From Azolla caroliniana (lineage: Eukaryota; Plantae; Polypodiophyta), in the NCBI GenBank assembly GCA_043228905.1, contig JBHGNT010000009.1, positions 1,364,001 through 1,428,000 of the forward strand: a DNA stretch of 64,000 bases. Reading direction: 5' to 3'. The notes under the pieces were generated by a model. It was not told the origin of the DNA and did not search any database. It saw only the letters and a list, made by a program, of their open reading frames with translations. The first letter of the stretch is position 1; the number at the start of each line of letters is the position of its first letter. Both the position numbers and the translations under genes were made by a program. Positions 25,321-34,556 of this stretch are shown here, one piece after another.

Positions 25321-26457
25321 CTAACTAAGGACATCAAATTTGTTTGCTAGATCTGGGATATTAGTACTATTAGTACTATTAGGACTATCAGATATCCCTA
25401 CTGAAATAGGCTTGGATTTAGTACAATTAGAACTAGCAACTATTTGGTTTACCTGTCTTCTTGGCCTATGGGGGCAATTTATTGCGATATGTCTTGGTCC
25501 ACCGCAGTAAAGACATAGTCGATTTGTACGGCGTCGCTGCTTTTCTTCTTCGGATAATGGCCCTCGACGACGTGTAGTGTCAATCTCGATCGGAGTCGGA
25601 GTATTCGCTAGAGGCGCATTATATGACTCCCTCGGAAAAGGTCTTGCTACCACTGAGGCGTAGGTGGGCTCTGATCTTGCCCTCGGCATCTGTAGTTGTC
25701 GTTCCAAACGTCGCTCAAAGAGGCGGTTGTCACATCTCACCGCACGACTGATTGCTTCTGTTAAGGACTTTGGCTCTTCGGGGAAGGTCAATAGTAAATC
25801 CTTGACGTCGTTGCGTAAACCATAACGGAATTGCTCCATCAACGCTTGATCATCCCAAGGGATATCGGCGGCGAGTAGGCGAAAATCTGCAGCGTATGCG
25901 GAGGTTGGACGGTCACCTTGGCGTAATCGCCGGATTTTGTTGATTGCGGTCCTGATGCTGTTAGTATCTCCGAAACATGCTTTAAACTCACCTAGAAACT
26001 CTTCAAAATTGTTGAGTAACAGAGATTCCTTTTCTAATAGTGGAGCGAACCATGACAACGATGAGCCACTTAACAAAGTGCCTACTAAACCCACTCGTGA
26101 TGCATCAGTGGGATATCGGGAAGGATGCATTTGAATAACTAATCGTACCTGGTTAAGGAACCCTCTAAACTGCGATCGCGTTCCATCGAACTTCGTGGGA
26201 AGGCCAATCTTGGGTTCTTTATGAATCCCTTGTGTTTCGGGCCCTTGTTGTTGCATCGCTATGATGGTTGCTTCAAGTTGTTGCACGCGTAACGCAAGTT
26301 CCCCATGTTGTTGTTGCGTTTGCTGCTTTTCTAAGGAGATTTGCTGAAGATCCCCCAGCAACCGTTGGTTTTCTTGTTCCAAAGCATGGAACTTCTCCTT
26401 CAAGCATTGAAATTCCGAGAAAACAGATTGATATTCTTCAGCGCTAACAGTGGCCAT
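25321..26457 (-). CDS. Element D Gag (coiled coil, capsid, CCHC)
   Basis: 378-aa ORF with CLYCGGPRHIAINC; a TAG lies 8 codons before the natural end seen in B. Confidence 0.9.
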   Translation of the reverse strand: MATVSAEEYQSVFSEFQCLKEKFHALEQENQRLLGDLQQISLEKQQTQQQHGELALRVQQLEATIIAMQQQGPETQGIHKEPKIGLPTKFDGTRSQFRGFLNQVRLVIQMHPSRYPTDASRVGLVGTLLSGSSLSWFAPLLEKESLLLNNFEEFLGEFKACFGDTNSIRTAINKIRRLRQGDRPTSAYAADFRLLAADIPWDDQALMEQFRYGLRNDVKDLLLTFPEEPKSLTEAISRAVRCDNRLFERRLERQLQMPRARSEPTYASVVARPFPRESYNAPLANTPTPIEIDTTRRRGPLSEEEKQRRRTNRLCLYCGGPRHIAINCPHRPRRQVNQIVASSNCTKSKPISVGISDSPNSTNSTNIPDLANKFDVLS

Positions 26458-27425
26458 GGGATGAAAGAAAAGAGGAATAAAAGATTAATAGGAAATGAGA
26501 GAGACAGAAGGTAGGAAAATTTGGTTCAAACTGTCATGAACAGTAGTGAGACAGAGAAGGAATTAGTACTAAATGAAGGATTAGTACTATGAGAGGTGTG
26601 GAACTTCTTCGAGAGAAGGAAGAAGTGAGCGAGACAGAGAGAAAGAGAGAGATTGAGAGAGAGAGTGTGTGTGTGTGTGTGTGATGATAAGAAAGATATG
26701 TATTATATGAAGAGAATATACAATGGTGGCTAAAAGGCTTAAGACTGGCGTTGAACCAATTTGGTTCAACATAATGCCTAGTGCCCTCTTTTATAGTGTT
26801 TTCAGGAGTAATCCTGAAGCTTCTAGAATGTTCCAGAGAAATCTGGAATATACACTAATTTCCTATAATAAAATGTAAATGAAAATAATATCTTACGTAT
26901 TACAATAGATGATCTAATGGTCAAAAGCTCGACCCATATAACCTAAGGTCATGGGTTCGAGTCTTGCCATATCATGACACTCCTCTGTCTTTCATCGTTC
27001 TCTGCAGGTTTTGGGAGGCTGCCTCTGCTTCATGGAAAGCCCGAGTGCTTCTAGCAGAGGCTCCATCTCGCGTTGTCCGTGTGCGTTGAGTGAGTTGGTG
27101 TCAGCGCGTTGACGCTTACCGGCTAGCCGGCTGTAATCTTGATCATATTGTGAAATGCTCTCAAGAATAGCCCCCCACTTTCATTATGTCTCAAGTTACA
27201 TTTTATAGACTCTCTCTTAGCGTGGAGGGTGTTCTCCCGCTCCAATTAGCTCTACTAATTATGGGGCTTGGTGGGGGCCTAGTTTGGGTGTGGTGCATGA
27301 GGCTTGGTAGGGGCCTAATTTGGGTGTGGTCTATGTGTGGTGCATGGGGCTTGGTAGGGGCCTAATCTAGGTGTGGTCCATGTGACCACCACAATTCCCC
27401 CTTGTAAAAAAAAAAAAAAAAAAAG

Positions 27426-29216
27426 TTACTGTGCAATCGAAGCGCGACGAGGCGTGGACGACGGTTCCAGACGGGGGGATGACACGGGCGTGGGCGTAGG
27501 CATGGGTGTGGGCGGGGGCGGTGGTAGTTGATGGAAGGGCTTCGTGCGAGACTGGTGATCAAAGGTAGAGCGGTTGTTGGAGGCGCGGCGGAGCAGGTAT
27601 GTAGTGTTGCGTATCTGCTTTTGAACTTCGAAGGGACCGATCCATCGGTGCATGAGCGATTCGCTGAGACCGCGACGACGGATGGGGAAGTAGACGAGGA
27701 CTTTGTCACCGACGTGGTATTGATGGTCGACACGGCCTATATCGTGTTGTCGTTTTTGGCGTAGTTGTGCCTGGTGCAGGTTGCTCGTGATGGCTTTGCG
27801 GAGGAGGGGCTGGAGTTGTTGTAGGTGGGACCACCAAGACACTGCGTCAGCGTGGAGTCGTGTGGTTGGTTGCGGGACTGCCACTTCTGGGGGTAAGCGC
27901 GGGTCCCTTCCGTAAAGGGCCCGAAATGGGCTAATGCGAGTAGAGGCTTGCACAGTTGTGTTGTAGGCATGCGTAACGAAGGGCAAGATTCGGTCCCAGG
28001 TTGAGTGCAGCGGATCGATGTAGGCTGAGATTTGTTGTTTTAAGGTTCGATTGAGGCGCTCCGTCAACCCATTCGTTTGCGGATGGTAGGGTGACGTGAA
28101 TAACTGTTGGATTCCTAGTTGTGTTGAAACGAGGCGTAGGAGCTCACCGTTGAACTGGGGTCCTCGATCGGACAAGATTTGGAGTGGGCAACCGTGGGGG
28201 AAGATGATTTTCTCCAATAGTTTGGAGGCGATGGTCATAGCCTTTGCATCTGGGATAGCGGCCGTCTCAGCCCAACGCGTCAAGTACTCGGTGATGACGA
28301 GGATGAATTTGTTCCCTCCTTGTGACTCGGGAAAGGGGCCCATAATGTCCCATCCGACGATTTCAAATGGAGCTTGAACTTGTATCGGATGTAAGAGGCC
28401 TTGAGCCACTTGAGGTGATTTGATGGCCTGACATAAGTTGCATGCTTTGATGTAGGAGGCGACCTCGTGGCGTAGCCCAGGCCAATAGAATTTGCGACGA
28501 ATTTTGTCGAGCACCTTATGAAAACCCAAGTGGCTGGACAACGGGTGATCGTGGAAGAAACGAAGGTAAGACTGGCGTAGTTGCTCAGGCACGTAGACTC
28601 GGGGTTCTTTGCCTACTTGACAAAAAAGTAGGACATTATCCTGGATCATGAATTGCTTGGTGAGGGATGATGTCGGTTCAGCTCGTAGGCGGTGGCAGAT
28701 ATCTTGGATTTGTTTGTCGTGTTGTTGCATGTTGGCCATTTGGGACGAGGATATGGGGAAATCGATTGTGTTGGAGGTGATCTGGTTCGCCTGAAAGGAT
28801 ATGCGGGATAATCCATCGGCGACGATGTTTTGTGGACCATGGCGATAGCGCAGAGTGAATGTGTAATCCTGTAGCGCCAAAACCCAACGAAGTAAGCGGC
28901 CGGGTGGATGAGCCTTCTTTATGAGGGAGAGCAACGGCTGATGGTCGGTTTCGACTGATGTATTTGATCCGTGAAGGTATGGGTGGAAACGATGGAATGC
29001 CCAGACGATGGCGAGGAACTCTTTTTCAGTTGTCGAGTAATTTTGTTCGGCTTTGGTAAGTGACCGACTGATGTAGGCAATCGGGCGGAGTTGGTCGTTG
29101 TCGTCGGATTGGAGCAGGACCGCACCAAGGCCGACATTGGAGGCATCCGTCTGCAGATGGAAAGGCTTCGTGTAGTGTCGTCGGGCCTTGATCGCGTACA
29201 CGGCGGCGGAGGTCAT
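27426..29216 (-). CDS. Element E RNase H-integrase ORF (596 aa)
   Basis: LQTDAS, YSTTEKE, ADGLSR, HHCC, WDIMGP, SDRG, QTNGLTER and WIGPF. Confidence 0.88.
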   Translation of the reverse strand: MTSAAVYAIKARRHYTKPFHLQTDASNVGLGAVLLQSDDNDQLRPIAYISRSLTKAEQNYSTTEKEFLAIVWAFHRFHPYLHGSNTSVETDHQPLLSLIKKAHPPGRLLRWVLALQDYTFTLRYRHGPQNIVADGLSRISFQANQITSNTIDFPISSSQMANMQQHDKQIQDICHRLRAEPTSSLTKQFMIQDNVLLFCQVGKEPRVYVPEQLRQSYLRFFHDHPLSSHLGFHKVLDKIRRKFYWPGLRHEVASYIKACNLCQAIKSPQVAQGLLHPIQVQAPFEIVGWDIMGPFPESQGGNKFILVITEYLTRWAETAAIPDAKAMTIASKLLEKIIFPHGCPLQILSDRGPQFNGELLRLVSTQLGIQQLFTSPYHPQTNGLTERLNRTLKQQISAYIDPLHSTWDRILPFVTHAYNTTVQASTRISPFRALYGRDPRLPPEVAVPQPTTRLHADAVSWWSHLQQLQPLLRKAITSNLHQAQLRQKRQHDIGRVDHQYHVGDKVLVYFPIRRRGLSESLMHRWIGPFEVQKQIRNTTYLLRRASNNRSTFDHQSRTKPFHQLPPPPPTPMPTPTPVSSPRLEPSSTPRRASIAQ

Positions 29217-29811
29217 GTCGTATACGCGGCCAGAAAAAAAACAACTTCATGTCCTCCGACATGTTGGCGTCAGCCCGGCGTAGGATCTGCACAAAACGAA
29301 CCGCGAACCGGGTGATGGGTTCACGTGGTTGTTGGGTAATTGACTCAAGTTGTTGTAGGGCCGTCTGGCGGGAGTCTTGATGAGCAAAATTCCGAATCAT
29401 GGCTGCCTGTAACAGATCCCAGTCGTTGTGTGTCTCTTCGGGTTGTTGTACAAGCCATGTTGCCGCGATATTCTCGAGGAGTGTCTTCATCTCCATTGCC
29501 TTCCGAGGGTGTGGCCACTGGTGGTAATTGGCCACCATTTCGAAATGATCCAGCCAAGAGAGGACGTCTTCCGATGGTAGGCCGGAGAACGGTTTTGGGC
29601 GAACTCGAGAGTCCGGGAGATTTTGTTGTGGCTCGGATCGTGCTGAAAGAAAGGACAACATGGCTTGGTTAGTATGGTTAACTTTTAAAATGATGTTGGA
29701 CAGAGCTTGAACCAGTTGGTCGATTGGCGATGTGGGCTGGTGTCCTTGATTGTGTTGTAGGAATTCCGGATTCATCGAGTTTGCGTTGCCGTCGTTGTTG
29801 TCGTGTTGCAT
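29026..29811 (-). CDS. Element E truncated Gag
   Basis: PKPFSG...WLDHFE...AATW capsid-like pattern; runs out of frame after the deletion junction at ~29170. Confidence 0.75.
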   Translation of the reverse strand: MQHDNNDGNANSMNPEFLQHNQGHQPTSPIDQLVQALSNIILKVNHTNQAMLSFLSARSEPQQNLPDSRVRPKPFSGLPSEDVLSWLDHFEMVANYHQWPHPRKAMEMKTLLENIAATWLVQQPEETHNDWDLLQAAMIRNFAHQDSRQTALQQLESITQQPREPITRFAVRFVQILRRADANMSEDMKLFFFWPRIRHDLRRRVRDQGPTTLHEAFPSADGCLQCRPWCGPAPIRRQRPTPPDCLHQSVTYQSRTKLLDN

Positions 29812-30312
29812 CGTGGCGGGCGTTGTTGGGGTCGTGAGTTGGGGTGGCTTGGCCCGTCTTCTCCACCAAGATGTGAAATGCTCAAGATGTGAAATGCTCT
29901 CAAGAATAGCCCCCCACTTTCATTATGTCTCAAGTTACATTTTATAGACTCTCTCTTAGCGTGGAGGGTGTTCTCCCGCTCCAATTAGCTCTACTAATTA
30001 TGGGGCTTGGTGGGGGCCTAGTTTGGGTGTGGTGCATGAGGCTTGGTAGGGGCCTAATTTGGGTGTGGTCTATGTGTGGTGCATGGGGCTTGGTAGGGGC
30101 CTAATCTAGGTGTGGTCCATGTGACCACCACAATATATACATACATTTGCCTTATTCATTGCTCGATCTTCATTGTGAGTTCTCTGTGTATTTGTGTGCG
30201 GGCTCGGCCGTGGTTTCATGTCGCTCCTCCCTCTATTCAGTTATTCCCCGGTTCAGGGCCCCCACGGTCCCGCCTTGGTTTTCTCCTGCGCGTGCAGAAT
30301 AACACTACAACA

Positions 30313-31328
30313 GAAGGTGACAACAAGGGGGAGTTCAAATCTGATGTGAAAGATGACATCAAGACAAAGGTGCCAAAGGCAATTGTCCAAAAACAAATGG
30401 ATTCCTTCGCACATGTTCTAAAGAGTTGGGCGGTTGTGGTTCAAAGCCAACGTGAGACCCAAGAGACAAAAGATGGTGGCGGGGAAGCGAAGGTTCAAGC
30501 TGTTGCAAATAACAAAGTTGGGGAGTGCCCAACAAATACATATGGATCTCTCCACACTCGCTCCGGAGACTAGGGCATTAACCGATGTAAGACCCAAGAG
30601 AAGGACAATGACGACGAAGAAGCAAGGGTTGAAGCTTATGTGTGGGAGGAAGAGGTCAAGCAAAGCATAGAGACAAAAATTGATGCGTACAACAAAGAGT
30701 CTGAGCAAAGTATGACAAGGGATGATGATGGCCAAGCGAGCCATCAGGATCCGAAGGATGTGATCAAAACATCTAGCAAAGATGTTCTAGTGTGAAGATT
30801 GTCTACTCTAATATGAGATTGTTTCATGAAACTAGACAAAGTGAGAAATATAGAGCATGGTCACGTAATGTTCTCAAAGTAGGCATGCACTTGAAGGTAC
30901 TACATGGGGTAGTCAATGTCATTATTCAGATAAAGGCTTGGGGAGAAAGACACGAAACAAAAATGTGCAATGGGTCAAAGTGCCTTGAGCAAGGAGACGA
31001 TCGAGACAAAGGTGGAACATGCATAAAGCCTAAAGAGTTATGTTCGAAAGGAGAACAAGGGACCATGACAACTGGTCATGGTAAAGCAAATAATGAGTGA
31101 ATGATATGGTGGATTGGGTGGCGACAATGGTTCATGCTCAAAATGGAGGAATTGTACTAATCATCGTAGCTGAAATCTTTGTCTCTCTTCTTGGCACGTA
31201 CCGGAGGACATGCGGTTTGGTGGGGGTGGATGTCGTGAAGATTTTCGGCAACGGTGTGAAAATTGCGAGGAATGTACAAAATCGAGTGTGGTTCTTCACA
31301 CACAACATAAAACAATAATAGTGAAGAT
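30313..31328 (+). mobile_element. Degenerate 3' end of another A-like element H with the start of its LTR (31231 onward)
   Basis: GGCACGTACCGGAGGACATGCGGTTTGGTGGGGGTGGA|TGTCGTGAAG matches the A and C PPT-LTR junctions. Confidence 0.65.
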
Positions 31329-31838
31329 TAGGGATCGGCAACGGTTCGACTCAAGCCTAAACCGTTTGGCTTAGCCGGCTCAAAACCGGCTTAGCGGCTC
31401 GGCTCAGCTCAGTTTAGGCTTGAGCTTGCCTAAACGGTTTGAGCTCAGCTTGGGCCTTGCCAAGCCGACTAAGCCGTTTAAGTGATTTAATTAGTACTTA
31501 CATTACTTTATTACTAAAGTCTAAGTTCTAACTTCTAATTAGCCATGAGTCTAACTTCTAATTATTACTAAAGTCTAGGTTCTAACTAGTTAGTAGTTAG
31601 TGACTCAGTGGTCAAGAGTCACGAGTCTATTGTCTACAGTCACAGTGCACACAGTGTATTGTGTACACATAGACTCCAAAGTGACAAATTAGGTATTAGG
31701 TAATTACTAATAGGACTCTTAAGTTTCAACACAGACAGACGACTTAGGTAATAGGTATTAGGACTCTCGACAGAGACAGTGATCACGATTCACTGATTAG
31801 TCCATTGACACAGACGCGCGCGCGAGAGGGAGAGAAAG

Positions 31839-31887
<49 letters not shown>

Positions 31888-32980
31888 CATATTGCATACT
31901 ACATAGTAAAAAGTGGAAGAAGACAACCTGTTGCTGCTGCCTGCATGCATCGTGCAGCCCCAAGCCTACAAAGTGCACACGACATACCTCAGGTTCCTAT
32001 TTTACAAATCCTACAGGCTACAACTACAAGTACGATTGAAATTTGAGAATATAATTATGTAGATATATGAATAATGATACAGTCAATTTAAAATTACTTT
32101 ACCTCAAGGCTCATATGACATACATTACCCACATGGCACAAATTACAATCATAGTCACTACAATGTAGACATATATGAAGTAAGATTAATTTCACAATAC
32201 AACCACAAATTATAATCATAATCACTACAATGTAGACATATATGAAGTACGATTAATTTCACAATACAATTATGCACATATATGAATAATGATACAGTCA
32301 ATTACTTTACCTCATATGACATACATTGTGGCACAATGTAATAACTCCTTATTAGAGTAGGAGATTTATATTGTTGTAAAAGATAGGATGAGCTTTTAAC
32401 ATATAGGAAGAACTAACAATCATCTACATAAAGGTAGGTTTTTACTAGCAATATGAGCTTGCCATATTCATATGTAACCAAGTAAAACTAATAACCATAA
32501 TAGATTTTAAGCTAACTTATTGATATAACAACATTTTATTGTCAAGCACACACAAACACACACACCCACCATTATCTCTTTCGTTGACTAGTTCAATTAA
32601 CACATACATGCCATAAGAAGTTAGAACCATATGATCAAATGAAAAGAAGTAATTGTTTATCAAATTGTGGGTAATGTAATAAGTTACCTCAGATATACTA
32701 TACTTTTCATTTTGGTGATGTAGGAACTTCCTACATCACCAAAATGTAGATGCATACAAATGGGGCTTACACATGTAGTTCATAAACCGGTTTACAAGCC
32801 GATTACCAAGCCGGTTCATAAACCGGTTTAGCCCAAGCCGGTTTACCCTAAACCGGTTTAGGGATCGGTTTGGTTTGGTTCGGTTCAGGTTTGAAAACCC
32901 CTAAACGGTTTAGGCTTAGCCGGTTTGGCTTGGATAAGGCCAAACCGGCTAAGCCTAAACCGAACCATTGCCGATCCCTA
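31329..32980. mobile_element. Non-autonomous hAT element, 1652 bp
   Basis: TIR TAGGGATCGGCAAYGGTTCG; 8-bp TSD GTGAAGAT (31321-31328, 32981-32988); subterminal AAACCGG/AAGCCG clusters. Confidence 0.95.
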
Positions 32981-33235
32981 GTGAAGATACTATTTTATAC
33001 TAGTTTAATATCTTGGTACAAAAAGATGGAGATCTTCAAGAGCTTTCGAATACACTTTACCACATAAGAAACGGACAACTAAGTGGCACGTTATGTGGGT
33101 ATGAAGTTTGCAAAGAAGAAGAGAAAAAAACAAAACTACAAGATATCCCAGAGTATATAAGCAGGGCCAAAAACTATTACTTTGAGTCTATGAGTGGATC
33201 ATAGAATGTTCAAGGTGACTTGAGCAAAACTAAAC

Positions 33236-33801
33236 GGATGAATGGTTGTGGCCTAACTACTTGTAAAGGTTTTGGCCGACCGTAACCGGATGACGACTAG
33301 ACGGATCCGGCGAGACGGCGACCCCTAAAGTACTTGTAAAGGTTTTGGCCGACCAGAACCGGACGGAGCCGGCGAGCCAAGTCATTTCCTTAGAAGCTAT
33401 ATTTTTATCATTATACTTTTACATGTAAATTCTCATACATGAGAGCTTAGATGATGACATGGCAAGCATGCATTGCATGCATTTCATGCATTACGTGCAT
33501 GTCTTGCACCCTCACATGCACCATATGCATGGGGGCATCTATAAAAGAGTGGAGGAATCAAGCAAATGAAAACTAATGAAAAATTTGGACAAAAAAAGAA
33601 ACTTGTAATCCTATTGTTATGTATCTCTTAAGTCTAAAAGTTAAAAGTTCAATCTTAATCTCTCTCTCCATTTCAATCTTTCTCAATCTATTTCAAAATT
33701 GGAATCTCAATCTCAATCTCTCTCTCAATCTATCTTACATCCTTTCTCGCTAAAGCTGGTGCAAACATTAAATCCTTCTGGTCCAAAACCCCAATGGTTC
33801 C
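33236..33801 (+). repeat. Dispersed repeat X, copy 2 (complete, shows the empty site of A)
   Basis: GGATGAATGG...GGTTCC; contains a single ACGGC before GACCCCTAAA. Confidence 0.85.
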
Positions 33802-33907
33802 CACATAGATAGGACAACATCAGGATTCAAAAGTATATAAGTAGAGCCATATCTCTTTACATTTTGTTTATGTGCTAGGAGCACAAAAAGGTTGGGTTGT
33901 ATAACTT

Positions 33908-34556
33908 GGATGAATGGATGCGGCCAAGTTATTCAAATAGTGTTTTGGACGGCGGACCCGGACGGACGACGACGGAACCAGAACCAGACGGCAATGGACA
34001 GGATCGGATCAAGATCAGATCGAACCGGTTGGCACTGACGGATCGGTAGGTTGATCACGGTGCATGGTGTTTTGAAGATTTTTGGTGTAAATACAAGACC
34101 AAAAGCCTAGTAGTATTTTGTGTTTTAAAAGGGATATGAGCAAGGCTTGAACCTTGCACCTCCAAGTTGAAAGTCAATAGGCTTACCACTAAGCCGAGTC
34201 ATATCTTCAAAAGCTTTACTACATGTAAATTCTCATACATGAGAGCTTGAATGAGTGACATGGTTATCATGTAACACATGTAATACATGAGCGCCAAATG
34301 ACAAACATGCATCTCATGCATGTCTTGCACCCTCACAGGCATCATGTGCATGGGGGCATCTATAAAAGAGTGGATGGAGAGGAAAAACAGGTTATGTATT
34401 AATCAAGGAATTAAGAGAAAGAAAATTCGTTATCCCATTTTTTTGATGTATTAATCTTGTCTCTCAAATCTAAAGTCAAGCGTTCTATCTTATCTCAATC
34501 TCTCTCTCTTTCAATCTATCTTAAATACTTTCTCGCTAAAGCTAGTACAAACTTCG
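33908..34556 (+). repeat. Dispersed repeat X, diverged copy 3
   Basis: Starts GGATGAATGGATGCGGCC; shares ACATGTAAATTCTCATACATGAG, GGGGGCATCTATAAAAGAGTGGA and TTTCTCGCTAAAGCTAG. Confidence 0.75.

Larger units (their letters stand above)
21283..26979 (-). mobile_element. Near-complete chromovirus D (Tcn1/Tf1-sushi-like)
   Basis: LTRs at 21283-21720 and 26532-26979 (TGTCATGA...TCATGACA); TSD CTCCT (21278-21282, 26980-26984); purine-rich PPT on the minus strand at 21721-21732. Confidence 0.97.
27149..30132 (-). mobile_element. Gypsy element E, 2984 bp, internally deleted (no PR or RT), apparently identical 245-bp LTRs
   Basis: LTRs at 27149-27393 and 29888-30132; flanked by ATAT/ATAT; PBS TGGTGGAGAAGACGGGC at 29868-29852; PPT AAGGGGGAA after a T-run. 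Confidence 0.95.
20268..30312 (+). mobile_element. A-family element 3' part (possibly C): integrase remnant plus 3' LTR split by D and E
   Basis: 20268-20969 is homologous to the A integrase end (FARRWFGPY). LTR pieces 20970-21282, 26985-27148 and 30137-~30312 align to the A LTR. Confidence 0.85.

Noticed and set aside
25321-26457. Domesticated PEG10/RTL-like host gene
   Set aside because: It lies within a complete LTR element with TSDs.
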